Shown here: piece by piece, positions 14,801 to 28,700 of the stretch
Layout: each line of letters begins with the position of its first letter
Position numbering within the stretch: position 1 is the first letter of the stretch
NCBI GenBank assembly: GCA_040954595.2
Contig: CM082592.2
Location: forward strand, 8,047,677 to 8,111,676
Direction: 5' to 3'
Origin: Balanoglossus misakiensis
Lineage: Eukaryota; Animalia; Hemichordata
Length of the DNA: 64,000 bases
Translations under genes and position numbers: made by a program
Notes under the pieces: generated by a model
Databases searched by the model: none
Seen by the model: the letters and a program-made list of their open reading frames with translations, nothing else
What the model was told of the DNA's origin: nothing

Positions 14801-17800
14801 TTTTAGGCGTTTTAGCTTGGTAAGGGCGATGCACTGCCATGTTGTTGGATGATGGTGGGTGCTCAGAGAGCCAGAGAGAATGTGGGGAGGAAGGAGGGAA
14901 GATACATGTATTGACACTATAGATATCGGCACCTGATTGGGGCAGAGGTACATTACTTCAGGCACAGATGTTTGAGTAATGGGTATGGACATGAAATTAG
15001 AATAAAGGTGTGCGGAAAATACTTTATTATGCTACGGGATGATCCCGTGCGATAATTGTGAGAGAGAGAAATCCATTCAGATAAGTCTGAGTATTCATCC
15101 TATATTGCCTAAAGGACGGACGGTCGAAACCCAGGCTATTAAAGGCGAAAGCTCTGACAAAATGGCGGACGTCAGTGGGGAGGCGCAGTCGAGTATCCGA
15201 AACAAAGCAAACGACGGATGGAATACTGCACGTAGGAAGGAACGGGGTGATTTTCAATCAGTCCCATGATAGAATGTGACAAGACCTCGCCCACAGAATA
15301 TGATAGCTACAGCAGGTGCTGTGTTTCTGTGTCTTCAATTTAAAGTCGACATTAATCATCGTTTTCTGCGGGCACTTCACCAATTGTCAGGCGGCAAAGA
15401 GAACAAATTCACCGACGAAGTTGATTAATGGGTCACACAGGGATATCGGCTTTGCACTTGGTTTACAACGGCAACACCAGACAATTAGAAAAATAACACA
15501 CAAGCTGACGCTCTGCGACTGGACTCTCACTTTCACGATCGCCCGTTCCCGGAAAGACGCAGGATTAAGGATCGTCGTGCGTACAAGACGTGTTGTTACC
15601 AATGCCCATGACATTTCCCCGAAGGTGTGCAATAAAGAAACGCGGATTAAAATTTGTTGACTACGATCACAGCGCGAGTGGTTCGCAGGTAACTTTGCAC
15701 ACACTTTTACTCAAAATCCGCCCTGCGGTTACTTGCAGGTTACCACGGCAACGGCTCAACGCAAAGCCGAAACTTGTGCCTGCTAAAAGTGCACCTTGTC
15801 ATTTGAAACCGGGGTATGAACAGGTTTTAATTATCGCAGTGAATGTTGTGGTTTTGAAATATTTAATAGCATGCAAGGTGTTTGATGCTGTCCTTTTTTG
15901 CGCGCATTATCCCTTGCCGAGGGAATAAGTAAGTCAGCGTGCTAAATATGTATAAAAACCATGCCACGGATTCGCGTAAATTTTCCGCGCAAATTTTCGT
16001 TAAATATTAATCGTGAACCTGCAAAATTTGCGGCGCGAAATTTTGGCGGGAAATGACAAGTTGATGACGACAGTGCCGAAAGTGACTAACCCCAAGAGGA
16101 CTCCAGTTCACTGCGCATTAGCAGGAATGTGATTCACTAGAAGTATTTGTGTATTCTGACAAACGATTTGGTTTAAAATTTTATCGCAAATCCAGCGGAC
16201 ACTGCCACTAGATTGCCGACAGCAAGTTGTTCAAAAGCGTTAGCCGTGTCATCTATCAACGCGGCGAACAAAGACAACAAAGCGAGCGCTGTCTGGCTAT
16301 TGTTAACACTTTAAATAATATTTAATAAACAAGAGTTGCCCTTGTCAGTGTTTAATGAAAAAATGATGAAATTGACGCCTACTATGCAAAGACGAGAAAA
16401 TGATAGTTGGGCCACACCGGTGACGATTTCTGTTTACAGAAAAAATCCCATTACAAAATAACTGTCACTGGCGGCCTTGTGAAGAAATCTGAAAAACAAA
16501 CAGCCATTTGCTATGTTTGGATAACATGAAGTATGAGTGAATAGGGACTTGTGGTTACACACGCGGAAAAAAATCAAAATAGGACCTCCTTGAAAATGAA
16601 TATTTTGAATGTGCAGGAAGAATCCGTGTTGAAAACATTTCTCTTCGAAATAAGAGAGAGTGTATGTTTCGGAGGACGATGGGAATACAGACAACGATGT
16701 GATCAGATACAGGGTGAGGGGTCGCTGAAGATACGGACGGAAAAACAGCAAATGACGGATTTCAGAAACTCGGAGCTGTGCCGACTTAGACTGTCTGCCA
16801 CCAGTGGGGTGATGAAGACGCCGAGATAAAGCCTGATACAGAATGAAAAGTAAAAAATGCTTTTCAGATGCTCAACGACAGCGGACTTACTGTTCCCGTG
16901 ACGACAATACGGGGACGCAACCGCGAACGTCCCTGGCAACAAGCGAGGATAAAACCAACAATTTGGGCAGCACGTTTATGGTGACGATCTTTGCCTCTCT
17001 CGCCTGACATAAACCGATGAGGTTTTAATATCACAACAAAGACCCATATGAGGCAGTTGAGTTGGAAGCGCTCCAAGTAGGGACGGTTGAGCGATGAGCT
17101 CTTGTCGCGTTTCGCGGGACCGGCGAGGAACATCTGTAGAATTGTCCTCAACTATTGATGGATGTGTCAGCGAACATCGACCACAAAAGAATATTCAATG
17201 AAATGTCGCAACACTAGGGGCGATCTTTTTTTTCTCTCTGCGCGTGTACAAGACGGGAAACCAGCACCGTGTGGTCGCTGAAAGGGAGATCTTCCGTTGA
17301 ACTCAGACCCCAATGGCACTGTAGCTAAGCTGATTTGACGTTAGACATCGCATCAATATCCACTTTCAATTATGACAGAAGAAAGTGTCGGCTAGACTTA
17401 AATGCGATTTCGAGTTTAACAGCCAGTTTCTTTCCAACATGAGGCGCGATTCACTGAAATATTCAAATTAGGGCCAACTATATGTGTGACCACGATTCAG
17501 TCAAACGCCCCTCCCCCGCCGAAGAAACTGACTGGGCCCTTATTTCAACGTCAGAGGCGGCATTGATAGGTTTCCTAAAGACGATCTCTTTTCGCGGTCA
17601 TTTGCAATGTAAGTTGCCGCGACATGTTCTAAATGACGCGGTATGTTGTTGTCGTGAATCCCCCCAAATTATAAAAACTATTTTGCGCATGCAAACACGC
17701 TTCTATAAAGTTAACACTGTAGGCCGCAGCCATCCAGTAGATTTAAACAAACCGGTGTTGACACCATGGCGCAAATAAACGCTTGTTAACCCGTTGTTTC

Positions 17801-19485
17801 GCACGCGTTGTATATCGCCTTACGAACATTTCGCCAAGGCTCCGAAGTTAAAACTGATTTGCCCTATTCCTTTTGACAGATGTTGTATTAGGAGTGCGTC
17901 TTAAACTATGTAATCGAATCCTTGACGCTGCCAGGAGGTGTCAATTAAGCCTGCCACTCGAGCTACACTTGCATTAGGAGGGGTCTCATCATGGGGCCCG
18001 CTGTGTAAATGTGCGTGAATTTCATCCAATCCGTCTACTGGCAGCGCGCTTTATGCAAGATTCCCTCGAATAGAAATGGAAATATGATACGCGGTTAGAT
18101 AATTCTCCATCAAAAGATTTGTAGGGCTACGCTGTGTTGAATAAGTGGGAAGTGACAGCTAGCGGCGAGCAAATTGCGAATATTGCCGCCGCGGCTCCCG
18201 TGTCAAGGAGAGTGCGTAAAACTCACGTGCACGGACAAGCATGGCTGACAGGTGTTTGCACGATATACCGGCCAAGAATTTGGTTCGCACTTGAGGAAAG
18301 AAAAATGAACTACACCACACGACAGTTATCACCTCGATTCTGACTTACTATTATAAATCGACAATGATCAAATGTATGAGCAACGGCCTCTAATTTCAAC
18401 CTACCCCTGTTCACCGAAACATCTGGTTCGATTGTGACGATCGTTTTTCAAAACCTTAAAAGTACTCGGTCTACCATCTTTCTTCACATATGCTTACTCA
18501 AAGTGAAATATTACTGAACGATCTATTTTAGGGCAAATGCGGTACTTTCAGATTCCGTGATAAGGTACCTTTGCACCATCTAAGAGGGGTATTCTGCTGG
18601 GCAGGATGAGAGGCCGATGAAGGAGAAATGTCACTTAAGTTTTCTGTTGCCCATTAATAGGATCCCCTTTCCAAACAATGATTGAAGTTGACAGACTGAG
18701 AAATCTAATCCGGACCTGTGCTACAACTAATCAACATCATCGTCATAATAATCTGCAATTGCAAGAAATTTGTTTCCACGTGGTGGTCACATAACGCAAG
18801 GTCAATCACATCCACTCAGGCTACGAATGTGCCATCTCCCCAAAACATGACGAAATTCAACAAATCATAATTTAAATACAGCTTTGAAATAGTAGACCCC
18901 ATGTTAACACAAAATATGGAACCAAAACAGATATCAGCAAAAACGTGGCATTTTATGAATGAAAATCATGCACTGGTACCACTGTACATGTCATATGACG
19001 AGGCACAAGTTTAAATCGCGTGACGTACCTGCATCAGATAACATACACATTGATGTGTACTGTGACCTCTTTTGAGTTTAATTATTTCAAAATTGCCCTG
19101 GAGGGTTTAAAAAAACTGGTGCAAGCACTGCCAGAGAAAAAAAAGCAGTTGTTTTCAACCGTTTTGATAGTTGTAATAATATTTATCGCTTGGGTCACCT
19201 CTCGCTAATCACTGAAGCAAAATCGCTCAAACAGGTGGTCCAGGGACTCTGGATAGGCGAGATTTATCAGCCAGAAGAGGCAAACCATACGTTCATCATT
19301 TGAAAAACTCTTACGCCAGCGTTCAGCAGAGCAATTAAAAAAAATTACAGCTGGACAATAAAAACTGATCACAGGCCAAACCCCACAAATCAGGGCTATC
19401 CGTACACGGCACATACCGACTGGTGGACCATACTGCATCGAAACCAGACGTACGGTAACTTGAAATGGAAATGCCCGTAAAAAGC

Positions 19486-19491
19486 TTTATT
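19486..19491 (-). terminator. Candidate polyadenylation signal (AATAAA) for BRIP1
   Basis: tttatt on + strand, about 180 nt after the TAG at 19674. Confidence 0.45.
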
Positions 19492-19673
19492 TGAAGAGAG
19501 AAACATCTGACAGCGAGTGAGTGTCCCCTCTCTCTCTCTCTTCAATATTGCTCCGATGGCATACTGTGGGGCTGGAACATAAAAGTCACTCTGGTGCTTG
19601 ATTTATCACGAGTGCTTTTGTCGACAGCCCCACCAAACCAAGGCTGTGGTTTCGTTTGCTGCACGATGTGACC

Positions 19674-19733
19674 CTATTTCATACATATTGGCTGATTGGG
19701 ACAGTACCGCACAGCTTGGGGAAACAGCCATAC
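19674..19733 (-). CDS. BRIP1: BRIP1 probable terminal coding exon 31
   Basis: Strong acceptor tttgtttgttttcag then [19 protein letters not shown]; AATAAA about 180 nt downstream. Confidence 0.65.
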   Translation of the reverse strand, partial: VWLFPQAVRYCPNQPICMK

Positions 19734-22700
19734 CTGAAAACAAACAAACAAAACAAAACAAGAACATGAGTACATTTTGCAAGGGTATAAACACTTGACA
19801 AAACTGCATTTTGTACGGATATACAATAAAATTTTGTCAATTTCCTCAAATGTTTCTTTTTTTACTATTACTATTTGGGCATGTAAAACACATGGATCAG
19901 AACTTTGTTGAAGAAACTGATATTGTAGGTGTGAGATAACACAGGGTACGAAGATTAGGCAAACATTGCGGGAATGTATAAAAGCCACAGCTTGGCCGCA
20001 AAGATGAGCGTGTTCGTAATAAACGCAACCTGTTTTTAATTTTAAGTTTTACAAACATCATGACCCAAGTACAGTTGTTACAGAATTGAATACCAAACCA
20101 CGTGTGATTAACCTTGCCTTCTCCCATTGAGATTTTACGACCCAGGTTTTCATACTCATATAAAAGGCACACATTTCTCAACTTCAAATAATTGTCCGAT
20201 AACCACACCATGATTGTTATTTTACGATAAATATCATTTACACTTTAATCCGGTTGCAGCTTTTGATAGGCTGCACCAGATGTGTGTGGCGGTCATCGTA
20301 GTAGAGAGACTAAGAGTTTCATGAGGTGACGAACCAATGAATGTTGGTAGTGAACATGACGTTTGTTCATTCCTTCACTGCAGTGGCAACCCATAAAAAT
20401 ATCCTGACACACATCACAGGACAACATGCAAACCCTAAGGTTCAAAGATTCACACAAGAAATAAATAAATAAATAAATGAATTATTCACGCAAACTTTTC
20501 CATCAATGAAAAATAACATACATGTAGCAATATCAGCATTGTGGCATAAGTTGACGGGCGCATGACACATTTTTTTCCCCTTTCATTTGAGGTTGTCGCA
20601 CGACTGAGCAATATACGACGATCTGTTTTTTTTTCCGCTCTGTGGAGAAGCAGACGGTATATCCATTGAGCATTGCCTAGTAACTGTGAAACACGACCAC
20701 TGAAATGCCCACCCCTCCTCCTTCATCCGGCGACAAAGGAGGTGAGAACGATGGAGATTTCACAGGTATCGACTCACAAGTGACAATCTGAGCGCGACAA
20801 GGACAATGCTCGCCGCTGGAAACTTTAACGCAGATGGCAAGGGACGGGGGTGTTAATGCACCAGTGTGTTTGATGGCACTTGACGTCGCAATCAGAGAAA
20901 AGGGGAGAAAAAAAAGACCACTTGATATGAGGAGATGTAGTTTGTCTCTCGTTGTATGAAACGCGATGGTCAGTCAGACAAAAGAAAGATGCATTTTATG
21001 AAGCGGTTCAGGGATGATAACAAAAATGATTTAAAAAAATAAGCAGGCAAGAGGATTTTTTCTGGTTAGAATATTTGGACTCGATTTTTATGGTTGAAGG
21101 TTTTGTCAAATTATGTATGATTATACTGTCACGTTTTTCAACAATTTTTGGCCAATTTTATGGGAAAGAGTTCCTACACCAGTTGTGCTCTAGCTCAGAG
21201 TAAATAGCTTTGTAATTTTATTTCTATAAAAATGTAATTATCAAAAAAAACATGAATTTTTAACGCCCCATAATTTTCAAAGAACTTAATTGTCATTACT
21301 CCTTGCACCAGCTGTTGTTGATGCCGTCAGTTATATGTGGAAAAAGGCAAATACTGCCCGTTGTAAAACAAAACAATACCATCCAAGTTATTTTATACCG
21401 CTGTGAGATATATTTTGCCCTTTATCTGGATGCAGAATGGTATACACACAAAAAATATAAAAAGTGACATCGATTGCTATTTACATATCCTGTCACCATG
21501 ACGATTGTAGTGTGGTTCACACCGGTTTAAAAAAAAAACACCTCAGGAAAAACAGGAAGCTGTCATCCCAGAGAGGAAAAAGGAAAAGCTGAGAAAGTCA
21601 GTAAGATACCGGAGTGACAAACAGAGGCAGGTAGCTACTGATTGTTCCTTTAATTACCAAGTATCCTGGATTTTCACACAATGGGTGACAAGATCAGAGA
21701 CTTATCATCACACGGTGTTTGATGAGCTAATGGCAGTGAAAAAACAATACAGCAGCTGCTCAGGGGGAAAACTACCCCTCCTCCTCCTCCTCCAACCCCC
21801 CCCCCCCTGCTGTGCTGATTTCATCTGCCTCTGAGTCTCCAAGGCATGTCTGTGATGATTTCTAACTGATCAAAGAAAAACAACGAAAAAGATCCCCACC
21901 CCACAAAACAAACCAATACAATCAGCTGTTGTATTCACTTCTGTTTATAATACCATTTACCCTTGTGTCTAACAATCATTATCAACAGACAAAGATGGAA
22001 ACAATCGCTAATTACTGCCACCATGAAACGCCCAGATGTTCTGATGGGAGATGCGGGCAGAACAGCCTCTCTTGCAAAGAATGCATGGGGGAGTTGAAAA
22101 TGAACAAGGGAATCCAGATTAACAATTTTCACCCGGTAATCACATTGTCCATGATTACAACATCGGTTTAAAAGAATTATAAGCTGACCGTGCGAAAACA
22201 AAGAGGTGAGAGAATCAATGGCAGAGGACAGACAAACAATGGAAATGATACCATCATTAGATCTCAAATGTTAAAAAGAGTAGTTGTTGTTTTACAAAGG
22301 CTACTTTGTCTCTATTCAATCAGTCGTTTGCTTAATTACAATTATAAATCCGTTCTCTTTGCTGACTACTAAGTTGACAAGTGTGAGAGTATTTTATTTT
22401 TACAGTTTTGTTCTTTGTATTTCAACTATTTGTATAATTTTTTCCCAAATCTACAGCAGGATGAATTAACCAATCTTGTTTCAGTGTTTAAAATGTGTTC
22501 TTTGATTAGGGTAGCTTTGTGAAGTTCAGGAAAATATTTGTTATCGCAAATTTCTTGGATAAATAATTTTGTTCTAGACATCAACACATCAAGTACACAT
22601 GCAAGTACATGTAGTTTTTTTAATCCATTCCAAACAGTTTACTGAGATGCAAAGATGCTAGATGTGGCCCTGCTAGAAATGTCCACTTGGGGGCGCCATA

Positions 22701-25700
22701 ACTATGCTAGGTTATAGCATGGTAGTCCTTCACTGCCTTTTTCTTGTTGTTTTTTTGATGACCAAATCACATGAGCCATGACATTTTATGGGCAGTTTGT
22801 CAAACATCTTTTCTAAGTCTCCCAAGGGGAGAACATGGGCCGAGTTCTTTTTTTTTACTGCTTAGTGTTCCAAAGACACTGCGATGACGACACAGCCTGC
22901 ACACTAGCTTTTGTCTGATTGTGATTCTAGAAGTGACCAGCAGTCAGCTGACTTCACAGTTGAGTTGCCGTGCGCGAATCACCAGGTCACAGCTGGAGGA
23001 ATTCACACATCTCTCTCTCTCTCTCCCACACAGTCGCCATAACAGCCCATCACTGCAAAAATATCACCCCAGCGCACGAGCTAACCCCAAAAGGTACCAA
23101 CCTCTTGATGCCCGCGCTCTCCAACAACGCGTTAAATCAACCGACATCAAAGATTCATTTATTTCGATGGAGATTTACGGCGGCGAGCCGAAACACGGCG
23201 TATAAATATTCATCCGTAGGAGTTGGTGTTTACTACCTTGGGGCGCGGGGGTTCGCCAGCCCCTGCAATCTAATGAGCCATCTCGGTCGACGGAGTTCAA
23301 GTCAAAACTGTCGGGGCTACATCAACTTTAAACACTCGCAGATATCCTCTCTGTGACTGGGGTCCCTTTTACGAGTCAGTCACATGAAAAGAGAGAGAAA
23401 GCGATTGTATCGGTGGCTCCTTTGTGATGCGAAAAAAATGACATAAACCAACAGTTTTTCACAACAAAATCAATATCCCGGGGGTGATTACATACTGGCA
23501 ATGGGCAACCATTTATCATGGCATACAAGCGAGTAATTTATGCCTCGCACAGGCGTCGGGAGTCGGAACGTGCATTACTGTTGTCTTCTTCCTCAATTTC
23601 TACCAATACACAGCCAGGTTGGCCTAATGGCCCCATGACATTGTGATTTTTTTTGTCTCATGAACACTTGAAGTACACTAAGCAACTTGTTTACATTTGT
23701 GGTTTTATAGTGAAGGCCTGGCTACTGATCGCCATATCACACCAACTCCAATCCACACCACCTAAACCACAAAATATTTGTTTTTAACCCAAAACTTTGA
23801 CAGGCAGGGCCATGATTACAGTTCTATATGAGAGCAACAGGTAATATCCGATGAATCCAATGTATTGACAGTCGCGGAAGTACTGCCATAAATCCTTCTT
23901 CAAAGGGACGACACAAATGTTTTTTTTCTTCTCAAAATCTAAAACATATTACGCATACAACTGTTTAAAGCATGATTGCTCAAGTTCAAGGTCAAGGAGA
24001 AGAACACAAAACAAATAAAATAACAATAAAACTGGACTACATGTATCAACACCTCTCTGTATCTTTTACAAATTATTAAACTAAAGGGTAAGATGTTGAA
24101 GATCAAATCTACCCTGTCCAAGAGCCACCACCCTGTTTGACACGGGAATCACTGAGAAATACAATGGTAGTCTTGATGTGAACCGCAGATGAACACTCAA
24201 ACCACCAGAGAGAGAGAGAGAGAGACAGAGAGCCAGGGGGAGTGTGCGGCAGTGGACATATAAGGTCACGCTAAGCAAACAGACAACAAACTTACAAAGG
24301 ATCAACCCGGTCTTTTTTATCGCCGCTGACCACAACAAGATGACTCTCAATCAGTGTCCGCCACAAACTTTGTGAGGTCATCCAGAACGGCCGAACGTAA
24401 ATCAATCTAACACTTTAAAAAAAATACTAAGGGCACAGAAAGTGGATGCTCAGTCAAGGCCCAAGGTCCGTTTTCGTTTCGTCTGCGCCCGGTCTCAGCT
24501 CGCCTTCCCAATGCCGTTGCCAGGCACAGGCGACAGATGGCGACACTTTTGATCTTTAGCGTATCTGGTATCAATGAGAGAGGGGGAAAAAAACTCCTGT
24601 GCTGAACTCATAAAAGTACTCACTCTGAAGTTTGATGGGGGTCATTATCTGCATATAAATTACGAGCAAATGGGTAAATGATTGCGGAGAAATTGCCTGA
24701 AAGACACGAAGGCCACTTAAATTCCGCAGTTTCTAAGTGAAGGGAGAGCAGTATAAACAAAGGATGTGTCTATGCAATAGAATGAGGGCGCTGGCTTTGA
24801 AACAATTTCATTCTCTGATCGTCAATTTTATTTTCGTTTTCAGTGTTGGGGAGAGGGTCACATCATACCTGCATGTTTGTTCCACCATCTATACCCAGAT
24901 TTGACGTCGTCTTCTCTCCAAAGGCGATGACCTGCAGGCCAATCACCACTGGTTTGGCCGTCTTCTTGCCACCGACCTTGCATCCCGCACACACCATCGG
25001 CCGATAGCAACACTGGTCCTCCTCACTCAAATGACAGTTGAATCGCAACGCTGTGGAGAAAAAAAAAACAAATACTTCGTTGAAGACCAGGCTCTGGTTC
25101 CACAATTTCATTGCTCTGTCAGCAGACTATTGCTGTACAATCATTTGTATTAACTACTTCTTGCTCTACCCTGCATACCATGATAAACTTCCCACTTTTG
25201 TCCATGTCAACACAACACAGTCTGTACATGATGTAAAGAACGAATAAATACTGCTAAAATAAAATAGCCAAAAGTTAGTTAGAGATACTTTGTGCACAGA
25301 TGTTGGGTTGACCCATAAAGTCAACTCAAACGATGAAACAGAATTGGGAGAATATTGCTCAAAAGCCACTCTTGTTACCCACCACACAGAATGCATGAAA
25401 TCTCATAAAATGTACCTCCAATGGTGTGCGTACACTTCAAGCTGATCTTAGGTCTCCCCTCCCCCCTCTCTCTCTCTATCTCACCTGAGTTAGACTGCTC
25501 TGGGACGGGCACCAACACATCTGACACCTGTGACTTGTCAACCAAAACAGCCCGGCTGTCCAGTGTCTGCTCAACCGCCACATGACTGTCGTGATTCACG
25601 CAACTACACCACTGTGCTTCCTTGACGGGCTTCTTGTATTTTCCACAAAGGCTCGCAAAGTACTCGCACCTCGGCTCCTCCGACATGATCTTGATCTCAT

Positions 25701-28700
25701 CTGGAAGGACAGAAATAGGGACAATTCCCCAGGAATATATAAGCGAGAGAAAGGGGAAAAAATCAACATTATTGACACAGCTACTTAAATTTGTCATCTG
25801 AGGGGGCATGGATAAATGAAAGACATATGATAATTTAATGAAATTTCTTTGTTAAGGAGGAAAAAATGTTTGTAGCTGTACTGTACAAGTTTTTAGCCAG
25901 AATATGCGTGGGGCAGATATTGCTACAAGGAAGAAATTTCACCGTAATTATAAACATCATTAGTCTACTTTAGAGGGTACCTGGGTACTTTATTTTGGGG
26001 TTTGGAAAAAATATATATCTCCATGTGAGGTGCCCGTTCGCGAAAGTTCAAAGCACGAATACTTTGCGGCATTTTCGCAGGACAACATGGGGTTTGAGGT
26101 CAAGTGCAATTAGTGTTGATCATCGTGCACATTAGTGACCCCCCCCCCCCCCCCAGCAAGATAAAATAAACTGCACAGAAACCATTTTTTTAAAAATTAG
26201 TTTTGCCCGAGTACATGCCTCCGTCCACCAGCTGTGGCTTTGGCATGCCGATGTGACAATTAATGGCATTTATCCACGGTGAATCATTAGCCACGCGCAA
26301 AAACCTAATACCAAAGTACGTGATTTCTTTAAAACAGAGCACACAAGTACTTGGTCACAGATAAATTGTCTGTTTTCTGGTCGGAGCCACAAATTAGAGT
26401 TGGTCAGACCTTGAGACAGAAAAACACTTGGAGCTACAAAGCTGTAGGAAGTAAAAGTTGGCCATGTACTTTGTTTTCAAAACAATTCAGGTTTTTGCAA
26501 CGGAATCTCAGTGGCTGTAATAAATTTTAATAATTAAATTTTAGTCCCTATATCATCAATTTCTGAGGCTAGTCCCTTCTCCTATTCCTTTTAAATACTG
26601 CAACATGAAAAAAGTTACATTTGAGTGAGTCAGTGGTTTCATTTCCTTGTTATCCAAACCAGGAAATATAGGTATTGAATTTTTACGTCTGGTCAGCAAA
26701 CAGTCTTTCCTTTAAGGGTCAAAGCCATTTGAGAGATTAGCGAGTCCTCTTGAGAGAAGACACGGCTCAAGGAAATCTCTGATGGCTCCTACAACCGTGA
26801 TTATTTCAAATGGTTGAAAAGACACGCAATAAACACAAAAACCCTGACCAAACGCTGGGAGATGTATATTTGGCGAGACGCAATAACGACTTCCACTGGA
26901 AATCTTTCATCCGTCGTCGTCATCGGTGATGATGATGATTAAACCTACCCAGCTGAGAAACCAGACATGAGTCGCACTTCACGCAGTAGACGCCCGGTCT
27001 GCAAGGTTGGCTCCCCGCGCGGCTGTCACCCTGCAAAATGTAACAAAAAAAAACCACCATGCAAATGATACCCGTAATTAGCCACATTAAACAAAGGGGA
27101 ACGTCACGTTTCCCGTCCCGGTCTGGTTCCTTCGCTCGCGATGGTTTCTGGACGAGCGTGATTTAACGCCAAAACACCGCGGCCTAATGAAGTTAATCAC
27201 GTGGCGGGGCAGCGTAAACAGGGCACATCCCGGGAGTTCGCCCCGTAATCGTACTAATTATTCACAAACGATTTCCCCCTCTTTGCTGAAAGGTACTGGC
27301 ATTTTGTCAGATGTGTTCATGTTTACCGACTTCCCGAACGTCTGCAGCAATCAAAGTCATTTCACTAAGGGTGCATTTTGACCGCTTTACGACACAGTTC
27401 TTCTTCAACAAAGTCTGACAAGGTTGTGATTATATGATACATGTATGACAAAGTCTACGGTCGCATATATTTCATGGGGATAATCTATTTCTGAACAAAT
27501 TCATATCTGGCTTCACATACATACATGTAGTTACACACACACAAGCTCGTGAGCCTCGCTCGCTACTTCGCGTTATATCTTCATTTAATCTTTACAGAAG
27601 GCTCGCCTCAAAGACACGGACGAAGCTGAGTGTCCCTTGTCCGAGAGATAAACCCCTTGGGGAGTTCTCCTGCGTTGGATAATCATCAGTAATTTACAAA
27701 AGTTTGGAATTGTCTTCTAAAATTAATTGTGCCCTCTGTCTCAGACTTTTTATTGGGGGCCTCCTTCACCCCCTTTTTCAATTTGATGACATTTGCACTG
27801 CGAGCATTAATTTGACAAAAAAGCATTCTTCCAAGGAGATTAGGACACTTTCATAATTTATTACGTCGCGCAGAGCTTCAGGTGATGACAAACAATTCAA
27901 GGCGTATGTCAGTTTCTTCCACTAGTCAGGTTTTGCCCAGGCTGCACGTGCAGAATTGGACTGTTTAGTCGCTTTCAGTGGATTTGGCAGCCTCTGGTGT
28001 TACGTAAATATTCAACGCCGCTAATCTCTGCAGATTTTTCAATCAGTCAGAGTGAATCTGGACAGAATTGTGTGAATGGCAGCAGAGAATAAAAGATAAG
28101 CATGCATTTTTAATCATGCGCCTTATACCATTTTCGATGTATACCGGCAGGAAACACTTCTGAGTTCATGATTTCAGAAAATGACAGCGGATATTCATCA
28201 TTTCAGAAACAATTTTTAGGGGATAATCTAATCTTAACCCACAGTCTTTTTGGGATATCAATTTGCATATCTGTGACATCACCAGGCAACAACTCCAAAA
28301 ATTTGTCTCATGTTCGCATCATCTGTCTTTGTACAAAAGTTTTGTATACTTTTGCAAGTTCTCCTATACTATATATGTTGCCTAGCGACTTGAATCCACG
28401 AGTACTGCCTTAACCACCACGTTCACGGAAAGACACAACCTGAAGATTTCAATTAAACGCTTCTCACCTGAAGCACAGGTTCCAGTTTCACACTATCCAG
28501 CTCATCCAGGAGATCCACGCTTCCCTTGGCAGTTTTACAGAGTTTTCCCTCTTCCTTGCCGCCTCCGGTGCCTTTCCGCTTCCTCCCCCTGGGCGTCTTC
28601 CGGAGGGGGGCACTCACTTCCGAGGACTCGGCGCCGCAGTCCGTAGCCTCCCCAGCCTGCCCTTTGCCGGCAGACAGCAGTCTGAAGAGCCGCTTCCTAT

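Noticed and set aside
15039-17151. Exon-like purine-rich stretches and short ORFs at 15.0-15.3 kb and 16.5-17.1 kb
   Set aside because: No recognisable homology and no phase-consistent multi-exon model could be built
1-19400. T-box exons or known miRNA seeds in the gene-free region
   Set aside because: None recognised by eye; an exhaustive search could not be run
23706-23761. Alternative terminal BRIP1 exon ([18 protein letters not shown])
   Set aside because: Weaker acceptor than 19733 and poorer fit to the expected last strand; not fully excluded
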